From NCBI RefSeq assembly GCF_000143415.4, contig NW_003314329.1, forward strand, positions 143,421-207,420: a stretch of 64,000 bases of DNA, in the 5' to 3' direction. Source of the stretch: Selaginella moellendorffii. Its lineage: Eukaryota; Plantae; Lycopodiophyta. Positions 40,544 to 54,400 of the stretch are shown here, in pieces. The stretch's first letter is position 1. The number at the start of each line of letters is the position of its first letter. The translations under genes were made by a program, and so were the position numbers. The notes under the pieces were generated by a model that was not told the DNA's origin, did not search any database, and worked only from the letters and a program-made list of their open reading frames with translations.

Positions 40544-42210
40544 CAATTCAGTAGCTTGATAAACATGCAAATACAGAACTTGATGCAAAATCCTTTGATA
40601 TGTCACAATGCCCCTAGGACTATAAACACATTTCAATAGAGAGGGTCCTTTCATTTCATAACTCTTTACGTAGATCTTGGTGAAACCAGAGTTAGTGAAG
40701 TTGGTTTCTTGTGATTCCGCATCTGATTGTGATGTCCCTTTGCAGTGTCGATGGAAAGGTCAATGCACACCAAACTGTAGAATCTTGGAGCAAAATAACG
40801 GTCGGATCTATGGCAAATGCCCCTGAAACATTGTAAGGCTCGTGTGGTCTCATGTGGTGTCCGATCGAGATGCTTCTTTGCAGGGTCATCAAGAAGGACA
40901 TTGTATACCATTCTGTAAAATCTAGTTGCAATCTAACGGTTAGATCTCCAGGAAACTCAAAACAATCTCGCGCGTGTCAGAATATTCTAGGAATATACTC
41001 CTATGTGCTCCTGAAAATGGCATGCGGCCCCACGCCATTCAAGAGATAACGCCAGATGACGCCGAGCATTTTTTGGTGCATTTTTTGGGATCAAAATTGC
41101 ATGAGCCCACACGCTTGAACGTCACATCAAATCCTCTGACAATTTATTTAGCTGAACATCTGGCATTTTTGGAAATACAAGATGCTTTAGAATATCCAAT
41201 CATGCATGGTATAAATATAGCGAGGGTATTAAATGATATCCCAATCATGATCTTTCTTTTGGATTTCGCGTGCATGCAGTCCGAGGAATGATGACGTTGC
41301 GGATTTCTTTTGGATTTCACGCATGCGCGCGCCGATCCAGAAATTAATGGTGGCGCCCAAGTCCGAGGAATGATGACGTGGCGGGATTACCAACCGTCGT
41401 GACATTTCGCGCGTGTGAGGTTAGGTTTTGCATTTTGCTTCGTACTCGCGCTCGCACACTCGCGCTCCCATCGCGCTCCCACTCGCGCTCCCACTTCTCT
41501 ACAGGTTTCTCGTGTGCATCGGCGTCCACTCGCGCTTGCATCACACTCGCGCTCGCATCGCGCTTGCATCACGCTCGTGTGCATCGGCGTCCACTTCAAG
41601 ACACACCCAGTTTGTAACTTCGCCGCCAACTCCGCCGCCCACTCCGCCACCCACACGCAGCCCACTTGGCGTCCCGGGAGATTTCAGCGCCACTCTCCAA
41701 CTGTAAGTGGCAGAGTAGCCTTGCTGCTACGATCCGCTGCACACACAGTGCACATTCGCCAGCGAGTCCGGTTGTCACGCCTCCATTCGGCTTCAAATGG
41801 TAAGTCTTTTAGGCCAAGTAGAAAATGGCATGAGGCCACATGCCATTCAGTAGCAACATTGGCATGCACCGATTGGGCTCTCGAGTGCAGTCCGGTTACA
41901 GATGGTGTGTAGCCTCACGCCATCTTAGGATGCAGCCTCAAGACATCTGATGCAGTGGTGAATGGCGTGTGGCCTCACGTTATTTCCAGCTGCTAGCTTT
42001 TCTTCTGTCAGCTCTAATTGTTGTGCATTTCTGAACAGGCGAGGAATTGCGTTCTTCTTCCAGCCACTGTCAATGTGGATGCAGAGAAGGGGGAGGAGCT
42101 CACCAGTTGGACTTTTGGGATGGAAGGCGAGGATCTGAGGCTGTACAACACAGATGGTGGGAGAAAAGAATGCATGGGGATCCTCATCCAAGTGACAGAC
42201 ACTCCATGCA

Positions 42211-45200
42211 TTGGGGGTGTATTAAGTGGATGAGTTGGTGTTCTCATCACATGGACAAGTAATCCTAAGGGGCAAAGGTTGCCCCCAGAGAACAAAATCA
42301 AGTGTCGGAATAACACTTGTGAAAATAGTCCTTTTGAGTAGGACAGGAATGCAAGAAGTGTATTCCAGTGAGCTAGTGCCTCACAAGTAGGACCTTACTG
42401 GTCTGTGGATTAACCAAGTCCAAAACTGCTGGATGACTCAAGTAGAGTCAACAGATGGTCCTAAAAGGACTGATGGAAGCATTTGGACTGAGGTGTGTTA
42501 TACCCCACAAAGGATGGGGGGGGATTATAGGATCCAAGGATGAGAACAGAGGGTATCTCATCGATGGCAAAATATGCCATGCTAAAGTTATGGGAAAGGT
42601 GTTCCCAGAAGAAAACAAAACTTTGACATAAAGTTGTGTGTGACCTCTATGGTGCAGTGCTAACGGATGGTTGGCATGAGAAAGAGCGGTGTTGGTCTTG
42701 CCAAAGACTTAGACACGAAGGGGAAATGTCATAGAGGTAGGCTCGTGGAGCCAATGGTGTGGAGACACCAAATGTGCCAAGGTGTAATACCTTGAGGCTA
42801 TGTTGGTGGGTTCATGAGAACCCCTTGCCAAAGGAATCCCAATGGAAATGGGAATAGCATAGCCTAAGCTGTAGAGCATGCAGTTGGAGTGTGGTGACCC
42901 AGATAATGATGGAGGTGTGAAAGCACCAAGCAATGAGTTGTAGGACTTGACAACTATGAGGCAACTAAGCAAGAGGTGCAAAATAACTGGTTAAACGGGT
43001 AGAAGGTAGCTACCCAAGACTTCTTAATAGCATAAGGAAGTTGGATATACCCTTACGGGGGATAAGGTGCTTGTGTTGCGATATAGTAAGTCAATGTCAT
43101 AAAAGGAAATACTCATTGTCAAGAAAGCCATAATTGGGACACCCAAACACTCTAGAACACCAGAAGGTGGTGTTTGATGTCGCGAGGGCAATGGATAAAG
43201 CCAAGGGACTAAGTCCCTGGCGAATGATGGATAGAAAGTGCTATCCAAATATCCAAGGTTGCGGAGACAGGAGAGGACTTTCTACCCGAGTTGGACAAAG
43301 CCAAAAATGGAATTTTGGCAAGGCTAGTGATGGGCATTTAAAGGCCCATAAGCAACAATGTAATCCCAGTGTGTGGGATTATAAGGTGAGCATACCCGGA
43401 TTGAGGAACCACTCCCTAGGCTATTGGGTAGGTTCATCCCTAAGAATACTTGCTAAAGCATGATAGAAAGTGCAAAGCTATCCTCCTGGTCTGGAGGAGA
43501 ATGACCAAAGGAAAGGTGTGAAGCCAAAAAGCAAGAAGTAAGGGTATAGAACCGAACCGTAGGAATCAAAGGGCATAACCAAGGTTGGTTATGCCAGCTG
43601 GGAGTGGAGAATCAAGTGGGGGCTCGAGGGTGTTGCCGCTAGCAACCGTGATGCCATGGAGAGTCTAAAATATGGAATGGTCCATATTAGACTATATGGC
43701 AACTATAAAGCTTGCGAAAGGGGAGGCCTTAGCAAGCTGAGGGACAGAGTTCCTTCAAGGTTCCCAAAGACGATTCTAGGTAGCGTAGTACCTAAAAAGG
43801 CCAAGTGTAAATGGTTCATGGAGCGCGCGAAATCAGAGTGGCGTAGCAGAAGCGTGGTCTTGAAGCTTGCCATGAGGCAAGGTTATCAAGGTTAGGGAAG
43901 TAGTTCCCGAGTGTTCAAAGAGAGGGCTTTGAACGAAAGTCGATGGTCAAGGACTTTCACGCTTATGCAGGAACCATGTTACAATGGTCGGAGGACTTGC
44001 CAAGTGAGATTGGCACGTCGGGGGAACAAAGACCCTAGTTGAAGGTGATAACTTCAAAAAGGGTGGGCCATGGGGCCGAGCATGGAGGAGTCCATGCATG
44101 ATCACAGACATGTCAAGTGAGAGGACTTGGCAGTGTGGAGGAACTAGGTTCCTAAGCTGTGATCTGTAGCGCGCTTTAAAAATAGGTTGGTGCACCGGCG
44201 TGGGGAGTCACGCCAGGCATCTAGTGTGATGCCGTCCGTAGATGCATATACGGAGGTTGGGTTCGAGTCCCGACCCTCTAGTGCTTGGGTTCGAGTCCCA
44301 AATCACTAGGGCGTGGTGATGGTTTGGAATATGAGGACACTCATATTTCGGTGGTCATGGACTCTCAGTGGGGAGACTGGTTTGGGCACACCGCCAAGCG
44401 AGGGATGCCTCGGAGTCGTGATGCACGATTAGATTGCTTAGTGTGAAAGCTCGGCATATCTAACTTGAACGCTTTGGTGCAAGTGGCACCAAGGTCGTGG
44501 TGAGTGAGATGGGGACACCTAATCTCAGTTGCTATGAACCCTTGGCCGTAAGGGCTAGCTTGGGTGCACCGCCAAGTGTGGGGGATGCCCCCGGGGTTAT
44601 AGTCAACAACTTGGAGGTCTAGAAAACCAAGTACCTCTTGGCAACTCTGTTAAGGTGCCAAAGTGAGATCACTAGGTGATCTTATGGCCAGATAAGGACA
44701 AGGTCCTTGGTTGGCTAAGGAATGAAGTTCCTGGTTCAAAATGTTGAAATTGAACTGTTTAAGGTGGTGTGGCTTGGTCGTGATGACCAAGTGGGAAGAG
44801 CACCTAAGGGAAATAAACTATGTCCGTCCGATGGCATAGTGAGTCCGAGGAAAGTAGTCTCTATAAAAGACCCATGGGAGGGTCACGAAGTTGGGCCATG
44901 GATAGAGCCCATAGCAGAATATGCTAAAGAGACATACTAGGGGTGAACATCCTCCGGACTTGGCAAAGAAGAGTCTTTGCTATGGAACCGAATGGATACC
45001 TCAAAAATGGAGGTAGCGATCCGATGTTGCTGGGTGCAACAATCAAGGATAGGAGCAAAGGACTAGTGGCCAAAGTTTGGGCCATGGAATTTAATGGAAG
45101 GGATCCAAATGGCAAAGTTAGCCAAAGAACACTAATGTGTTCGATGCTAACAGCTTGTGGGAAAGGAAGCGGACTTTCAAGGACGGATTCCTAAGTGCTC

Positions 45201-45434
45201 CAATTTGGCGAAGTAAAGGCTCCAAGTGAGGGAGCGGTAAGGTAGCCAAATGATAGGGCCATGGACAGCCCTAGCACAAAGTATGATAAATGGAACTTAG
45301 TGCCCAAGGTGGCACGAAATAGAAGAGAGGATGATGGTGCCCTCAAGTAATGAACTTCCTAGGATAGGGAAGTGGAGTTGCACAATCTGTGCAATGCAAG
45401 GTGTTGGAGACACCTAGAAAATTGACTTCCAAAA
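42211..45434 (+). mobile_element. LARD internal-region fragment without LTRs, opposite orientation to the other copies
   Basis: Reverse complement of ~21466-24685. No LTR ends and no TSD. Confidence 0.88.
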
Positions 45435-45627
45435 CTTCACCGCCAACTCCGCCGCCCACTCCGCCACCCATACGCAGCCCACTTGGCGTCCCGGGAGATT
45501 TCAGCGCCACTCTCCAACGCAGTGTCGATGGAAAGGTCAATGCACACCAAACTGTAGAATCTTGGAGCAAAATAACGGTCGGATCTATGGCAAATGCCCC
45601 TGAAACATTGCAACTCCAATATCATCC

Positions 45628-47488
45628 TGTGAGACACAAAATCCCTAGGCCCCAAAGTGGAGCCGGAAGGGCGCCACATGGTAGTGGCCGAAGCGAGAGC
45701 CAAACGAGCGTAACACGTTTGGACCAAAAGCTCCGACTTGAAAAGTCAAGAGCGGGAGTGGAACTCCCAATGAAGTGCTCGAGGAACGAGCACGAAGCGA
45801 GCAAAAGGCGAAGCTCCAAAAAGGGACCCAAAAGGACCAACACATGACACGTGGGAGTGTCCGAAATGGACTCGAGTTGGAGTCCAAAGTGGAGTCCGAG
45901 ATGGACTCGAGTTGGAGTCCGAAGTGGAGTCCGAGATGGACTCGAGTGGGAGTCCGAAGTGGAGTCCGAGATGGACCCGAGTTGGAGTCCGAAGTGGAGT
46001 CCGAGGTGGACCCGAGATGGACCCGAGTTGGAGTCCGAAGTGGAGTCCGAGATGGAGTCCGAGATGGAGTCCGAGATGGAGTCCGAGGTGGACCCGAGAT
46101 GGACCCGAGTTGGAGTCCGAAGTGGAGTCCGAGATGGACCCGAGATGGAGTCCGAGATGGAGTCCGAGATGGAGTCCGAGGTGGACCCGAGATGGACCCG
46201 AAATGGAGTCCGAGATGGAGTCCGAGATGGACCCGAGATGGAGTCCGAGATGGAGTCCGAGATGGACCCGAGATGGACCCGAGATGGAGTCGGAGATGGA
46301 GTCCGAGATGGAGTCTGAAGTCGAGACCGAGACCGGGACCGAGACCAGGACCGAGACCGAGACCGAGACCGAGATCGGGACCGAGACCGAGACTGAGGCC
46401 GAGGCCGAGACCGAGCCCGAGCCCGAGTCCGAGTCCGAATCCGAGTCCGAGTCCGAGTCCGAGTCCGAGTCCGAGTCCGAGTCCGGAGCCTGAGAGGGTG
46501 AAAGCCCAAAGCGTTCGTCTCCCAGACCCTGGGGGGTTTGGTGAGCCCCAAAAGTATAGTAGGGGGAGGACTGCAGTGGAGCCAGTTTGGCCAGGAAAGG
46601 CCAGTTTGGCCCAGGAAGGCCAGACCCAGTGTTGGGTGATGAGCTGCCCACTGGGAAGTCCAAGACTAGAGTGAACACAGACCGACAAGCGGGGTAGCTT
46701 GGTGATGTGTTCAAGAGCCGGCTCTAGTTCCCCCGGGAGATCGACTGGCCGATGCTCCCAGTCCAAGTGTGGGTGGCACTACCTACTTGGATACCGGGTG
46801 TGGCTCAACGGAACCCGCTCTAAGCCCATGGCTAGAGCACCCAAGGGCAGAAGGCGAGGAGAGTACCTAGGTGGCTCGCGTAAGGCCACGGTGTTCCGAA
46901 ATGTTGTCCCAAAGGCCCAGACTGTGGAAAGGAAGAGGAGCAGTCCTCTGGGGTAGTGACCAAGGACACAGTCGTGTGGTGAGGAAGTCCCAGAGGACCG
47001 TGGGACTTAGTGGTCGGGCCTGTGGGTCTCGGTCCAGTGGCAGTGTTGGCAAACATGGCCAGGGGCAGAAAGGGACTTAGTGGGGACTGACAGAGGGATA
47101 TTGGGGAAGGCTATCCCCCTTGTCAGTGGGCATCCTAAGGATGCTAAGGAGTGGATCTGAGATGACCACTCACGGATGGTTTGCCTAGTCTTGGGGAGCC
47201 AAGACTGTGATGCAAGTGGTATTGGACTACCAGTGTGGCAAAGGTGATTGGGCATGGCCTTAGCGTAACGGGCTGCTATGTCGGTGGTACCTTTGAGTGT
47301 CGGTCATGGGATCGGACACGTGGAGCACTTGGACCAAGTGCAAATGTTGAGTGGCATGGATGCCATTCTCGGGGCTAGCAAGTCCCAAGTCCTGGATTGG
47401 ACTTATGGAGGTTGTGAATGAGACTCCTCCAAGTGGTCGGAGGTGTGGTTATGTGACTAAAGTAGAATGGAAAATTTAGTCGCTTACA
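45628..47488 (+). mobile_element. Solo LARD LTR
   Basis: TGTGAGA...GCTTACA with TSD CATCC (45623-45627 / 47489-47493). Confidence 0.93.
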
Positions 47489-47703
47489 CATCCCAGCCCA
47501 ATTCTTGATTAGCAACCGCATCTCTTGGATCGACAACTGTGGCTAAGCCCTCAGCTACCACCTCCCCCTCGGGGTTGTTTAGAAACACCTTTGCCTGAAT
47601 CCATGTAGCACGGTTCTTAAGATCCACGGAGGGAACATGCGTCGCACTTGCGCTGTCCCCAACATCTGCTTTCTTCTGCAGATTTTTCAAGGTTTAGGGT
47701 TTA

Positions 47704-48483
47704 GCATTTTGCTTCGTACTCGCGCTCGCACACTCGCGCTCGCATCGCGCTCCCACTTGCGCTCCCACTTCTCTACAGGTTTCTCGTGTGCATCGGCGTC
47801 CACTCGCGCTTGCATCACACTCGCGCTCGCATCGCGCTTGCATCACTCTCGTGTGCATCGGCGTCCACTTCAAGACACACCCAGTTTGTAACTTCGCCGC
47901 CAACTCCGCCGCCCACTCCGCCACCCACACGCAGCCCACTTGGCGTCCCGGGAGATTTCAGCGCCACTCTCCAACTGTAAGTGGCAGAGTAGCCTTGCTG
48001 CTACGATCCGCTGCACACACAGTGCACATTCGCCAGCGAGTCCGGTTGTCACGCCTCCATTCGGCTTCAAATGGTAAGTCTTTTAGGCCAAGTAGAAAAT
48101 GGCATGAGGCCACATGCCATTCAGTAGCAACATTGGCATGCACCGATTGGGCTCTCGAGTGCAGTCCGGTTACAGATGGTGTGTAGCCTCACGCCATCTT
48201 AGGATGCAGCCTCAAGACATCTGATGCAGTGGTGAATGGCGTGTGGCCTCACGTTATTTCCAGCTGCTAGCTTTTCTTCTGTCAGCTCTAATTGTTGTGC
48301 ATTTCTGAACAGGCGAGGAATTGCGTTCTTCTTCCAGCCACTGTCAATGTGGATGCAGAGAAGGGGGAGGAGCTCACCAGTTGGACTTTTGGGATGGAAG
48401 GCAAGGATCTGAGGCTGTACAACACAGATGGTGGGAGAAAAGAATGCATGGGGATCCTCATCCAAGTGATAGACACTCCATGC
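47704..48483 (+). repeat. Direct duplication of 41430-42209
   Basis: Near-identical sequence at offset 6274. Confidence 0.92.
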
Positions 48484-51400
48484 AGTTCCATGGAAGAATA
48501 TGGACTGGCACTTGTGGTAGAGACAGCGTCTGCCTTCAAGATCCACCTTGCACATCCTAGCGGCTTCCCGGAGGGGGGCAGCGGCTATGAGGAATTCCTA
48601 GAGGGAGCTAGGGAGAGGTTGTCCTGGAGGCCCACAATTTCAAAGACGCTGCGGGTCTATGAAGATCACATGGAATCCACGGACCTCACCTACGGCGATG
48701 TTCAAAAACTATATTCCAACATTGAGCCGTTGAGAGTGCCTCCAGTTCGCGAAGCGAAGGGGAAGGGGGTCGATCTGGAAACTACCCCGAAGCAGAAAAG
48801 GGTGGTCAAGCTCAAGCCGACGTCCGAATCTCCTCCAAAAAAGAAGCTACTCGGTGATGCCATTGCCTCGGGTTCGAACACTACACCCACCAAAAAGAAG
48901 AGCCGCAAAGAGCAGAAAGAGCAAGAAGAGGCAGCAAAAATCGTCACAGATAATAGTACTTGTTACTATTCCAACAAAGTATATACAATCGACGTGATCC
49001 GTATCGACATCCAAAGCAAATACAACCACAGGCTAGTATCTTATGAGTGGGTGGAGAAACTGAAGCAGAAGATGCTGGCAAGTCCAGTAACACCCGACAT
49101 CGCAGACGTGATCCCCTACTACCGAACAATGAAGGGCGAGACGAGGTTTCCAGACTTGATCAATAGGAAGGTGTTGGACAATCAGAACATCCGGTTCTAT
49201 GCCGTCTCCGGGCAGCATTCTAGCTTGGCAATGCAAGAGATAGTTGTGGATATTATGGTGGGCGAGGAGGTGAAGAAAGTCTTCAAGACAAGAGTTGTCC
49301 GCCTGATAAAAGGCAACTTGCCCCTCCGATCTATCATATACATCTCCCACGCGCAGAATGTCAAGCAAGAAACGTGCTACAAATCGGGTCTGCACGAGAC
49401 ATTGGCACGAACACGGAAGCTCTGGGTTCAACTGAAGAAGCCACAAAAACCAGGACAAGGACGTGCACTAGTAACTAGCGCCTGGCAGGTAAGCCTCGTT
49501 GCATGTGGCATAGCATGTGGCCTCACGCCATTTCCATTGTAGGAATTCTCGAGTCCTCTCTCAAAAACACTGGGGGTCAATGACACACTCAGCATCCATA
49601 ACATTCTACTCGCGACAAAAGTTATTTTTGACAAAGGGGTAGATGTGCTGAGGAGGTACCATGACGGGGAGTTGCCAAACTCAATGGGTGTGGAGGACGG
49701 CCGGAAGCCCAATGATTTGAAGCTCAACGCCTTGCGTTTTTCGCAATCTCTAGACGACGACGACCTTCTGACAGTGGCTAATGCTCTTCTACGTGGTGAG
49801 GTTGTCTTCAACAAGACCAAAATGACTCCCGGCCATATTGTGACATACGAGGACTTGTGCACGACTCTGAGAGCTCGTGCGCTATTGAAGGATTGGATCT
49901 TCAAGCAAGTGGCCGTGGAGAGGGTGAGCATCGACACCACGCAAGAGATGATGGAAGTGCTGGAGTTGTCAAATGAAGACATCGACGAGTACGTGAAGGG
50001 GGCCCCCAAGTTCATCGATCTGCTGTGGGATGCCACGAAAAGTAAAGCTGAGAAGTTGGATCAGTATCCAAATTTCATTAAGATTGATGTCGACCGCCGG
50101 CTTCAGAAACAGCTCGACCCCGCAGCAGAGGCCTATCGAGAACCTTACCGGGTATACTTGAATTCGGATGAGGATCAAAGGTGGAGGAGCATCGTTTCCC
50201 GCTGAGATGAGCAGGTCAAGAACATCTTTTGTGTGATGGACTTCACAAACGAGGAGATCACTCATGCAGACGAAGTCAGCTCCATCATTGACTTGATGGT
50301 GGGACTTGCAGAGGTGGAATCTTGAGTCCACTATATGATCTACGACTCCGAATCCTATCACAAGTTCTGAAAGGCCTTGAACGAGGTGAAGGCTCGGTTG
50401 AAAGGCAAGGAGATGCGGGAGATCCATGGGATAATGGCTAAGAAGAAGATACCGACGAATGTCCACATCTTCACACTCGCCCTTGTTATTGGTCCTGCAA
50501 CAGAGTGGGACTGGAGTGACTTCCCAGCTTCGTTCGACAAGGCCAATCGAATTGATCTGAGGGAGGTCAATTTACCCGTGCCTGAGGAACTGAAGACGGC
50601 TATGGAGCTTTCCAATCCAAAGAAAGCTCCAGGTACAGCATGGGAAATGCTCAGCTGGGTCTTCAACGCAATAGCGGGTGGGTCACCTGCTTCCGACTCC
50701 AAGGGCAAATGCGTTGTCGAGTACAACTGCGGCGGACTATTCTTTCGAGCCGCACTACTCAAGGGTGTCCCGTGTGTTGCTGTGACAAACTCCATTGAAG
50801 AGGTGACTTCAATGGAGCATATAATTACAGTTGCCAAAGAAAAACAGTATCTTCTCTGCGAACCTGGTGAGTACACACTTTAAGTTTAAATGTTATCTCA
50901 CAAGCTCTGTATGCAGGAGCGTGGCCACCCCCAGATGCTGAAACGGCGTTAACAGCTACTGTTGAAGATACCCATGTTGGGCCGAGCTCACAACCTGCAC
51001 AAGGTAAGGTCACGTGAGGCCTCACGCCATTTTGATTATAGATCGTTGTGAATATTCAGACACGAGGACTGAAAAGCGCACTGGTGGCGCGTCGAAGAAG
51101 GACAAATAGACAAGCAATAGGAAAAAAGGAGGTACAAATTATATTTGCAATGGCGTGTGGTCTCATGCCATTCCTTGCAGGAGACACTTCTTCAAAGGCA
51201 AAACAGGCAAGCACCAGCCAAGCTCAAACTGACAGTGGTCATAAAAAGCGAAAGCACGTTGGACAGTCGTCGAGATCAGAGGCGTTTGATTCAAAAAGGA
51301 AGAAGGGCAACGAAAAGATGATAGGTAATGCCTCGCGGTTATGACGTGTGTGCTCATGCCATTCATTGCAGATCAAGGGTTGAGTGAAAGCAGGTAGTCA

Positions 51401-54400
51401 CCACATCCTGACTCAGATTCCTATGGCGGACTCCCCTTCCCCAATCTCAATGGAGAGGTACAATGGATGAGGGATGCTTTTCAAGTCAGGGCCACATTTT
51501 TCTCATCTCGTCGTCTTCGAAGGGTGCAAGAACGTGCAGAAACCATGTTAAGACAGTCGGGTGAGGATACGGTCCTAGGTCACGCACTAAAACAGGCTAT
51601 GGATGTCTTGTATTTTGAGATGGAGACTCGGCCAGATGATTTTCCCAAGATGGTCCTGGAAGAACAAGCCATCCAGCCTGAGCAGCCTATGGAAGAAATG
51701 CAGGAGGGGGATGAGGAGCTAGAGAAAGATAATGAGCAAGAAGAGCAGAAGGACGAAAAGGAGGACAAAGAAGAGGAGGACGAAGAAGAGGAGGACGAAG
51801 AGGACTTGGATGGTCCTCACAATGGTGACGATCACAATAACGACGACGACGATGATGACGACGATGGCCAGCCTGAGGTGGCCAAAGAGCAGCGTGTAAG
51901 CGACTAAATTTTCCATTCTACTTTAGTCACTTAACCACACCTCCGACCACTTGGAGGAGTCTCATTCACAACCTCCATCAGTCCAATTCAGGACTTGGGA
52001 CTTGCTAGCCCCAAGAATGGCATCCATGCCACTCCACACTTGCACCTGGTCCAAGTGCTCCACATGTCCAGTCCTGAGACCGACACCCAAAGGTACCACT
52101 GACATCTCGGCCCGTTACGCTAAGGCCATGCCCATTCACCTTTGCTGCACTAGTGGTTCAACACCACTTGCATCACCACCTCGTCTCTCCAAGACTGGGC
52201 CATGTGTCCACGAGTGGTCATCCTAGATCCACTCCTTAGCATCCTTAGGATGCCCACAGACCTGGGGAATTGCCTTCCCCAAAGTCCCTTTGTCAGTTCC
52301 TACCAAGTCCCTTTCTGCCCCTGGCCGTGTTTGCCAACACTGCCACTGGATCGAGGCCCACAGGCCCGACCACTAAGTCGGGGACTTCCTCACCACATGA
52401 CTGTGTCCTTGGTCACTACCCCAGAGGACTGCTCCTCTTCCTTTCCACAGTCTGGGCCTTTGGGACAACATTTCGGAACACCGTGGCCTTACGCGAGCCA
52501 CCTAGGTACTCTCCCCACCTATCGCCTTTAGGTGCTCTAGCCATGGGCTTAGAGCGAGGTTCCATTGAGCCACGCTTGGTATCCAAGTAGGTAGTGCCAC
52601 CCACACTTGGACTGGGAGCATCGGTCAGTCGATCTCCCGGGGGAACTAGAGCCGGCTCTTGAACACTTCACCAAGCTACCCCGCTTGTCGGTCCGTATTC
52701 ACTCTAGTCTTGGACTTCCCAGTGGTCAGTTCATCACCCAACACTGGGTCTGGCCTTCCTGGGCCAAACTGGCCTTTCCTGGCCAAATTGGCTCCACTGC
52801 AGTCCTCCCCCTACTATACTTTTGGTGCTCACCAAACCCCCCAGGGTCTGGGAGACGAACGCTTTGGGCTTTCACCCTCTCAGGCTCCGGACTCGGACTC
52901 GGACTCGGACTTGGATTCGGACTCGGACTCGGGCTCGGGCTCGGTCTTGGCCTCGGCCTCGGTCTCGGTCTCGGTCCCGATCTCGGTCTCGGTATCGGTC
53001 TCGGTCCTGGTCTCGGTTCCGGTCTCGGTCTCGACTTCGGACTCCATCTCGGACTCCATCTCGGACTCCATCTCGGGTCCATCTCGGGTCCATCTCAGAC
53101 TCCATCTCGGACTCCATCTCGGGTCCATCTCGGACTCCATCTCGGACTCCATCTCGGGTCCATCTCGGGTCCATCTCAGACTCCATCTCGGACTCCATCT
53201 CGGGTCCATCTCGGACTCCATCTCGGACTCCATTTCGGGTCCATCTCGGGTCCATCTCTGACTCCATCTCGGACTCCATCTCGGGTCCATCTCGGACTCC
53301 ATCTCGGACTCCATTTCGGGTCCATCTCGGGTCCACCTCGGACTCCATCTCGGACTCCATCTCGGACTCCATCTCGGGTCCATCTCGGACTCCATCTCGG
53401 ACTCCAACTCGGGTCCATCTCAGGTCCACCTCGGACTCCATCTCAAGTCCATCTCGGACACTCCCACGTGTCATGTGTTGGTCCTTTTGGGTCCCTTTTT
53501 GGAGCCTTGCCTTTTGCTCGGTTCGTGCTCGTTCCTCGAGCACTTCGTTGGGAGTTCCACTCCCGCTCTTGACTTTTCAAGTCGGAGCTTTTGGTCCAAA
53601 CGTGTTACGCTCATTTGGCTCTCGCTTCAGCCACTACCATGTGGCGCCCTTCCGGCTCCACTTTGGGGCCTAGGGATTTTGTGTCTCACAACTCCACCAC
53701 CCATAGACGAAGTTCGATGTCCTCATCGAACGGTAAACCCTTTCATAAAGTAACACCCACATGTGTTACCATTTCCATCTTTGGCACCTAGCCAATCTTT
53801 GTCTATGGTTTGACATCAAAGGCTCACCATGCCTTGTCCATCCTTTAAGGAGTGTAGTCTCTCCAACTTAGAGACTGATTGGACCACATGTAATGGTTCA
53901 TCCTTTTATTGGTTTAGTTCTCGCTAAACCTCTTAGAGACCCTTCTCTAAGTCAATTCCACTACTCCTTCTCGAGTAGTCTCAATTTCCATCGATATAAC
54001 CTTTGCACTTTGGAACTTTGAATTTTGACTTCTTGGAGTCAATTTCCTAGGTGTCTCCGACACCTTGCCTTGCACCTTTTGTGCAACTCCACTTCCCATC
54101 CTAGGAAGTTCTCTACTCGAGGGCACCATCATCCTCTCTTCTATTTCGTGCCAAAGTTCCAGTTATCATACTTTGTGCTAGGGCTGTTCATGCCCCTATC
54201 ATTTGGCTACCTTACCGCTCCCTCCCTTGGAGCTTCCACTTTCGCCAACTCAGAGCATTTCGGAATCCCTCATTGGAAACACACTTCCTTTCCCGCAACT
54301 TGTTAGCGTCCAACACATTAGTGTTCCTCGCCTAACTTTGTCACTTGGATTCCTTCCAAGGGATTCCACGGCCCTATCTTGGCCACTCATCTTTTGCTCC

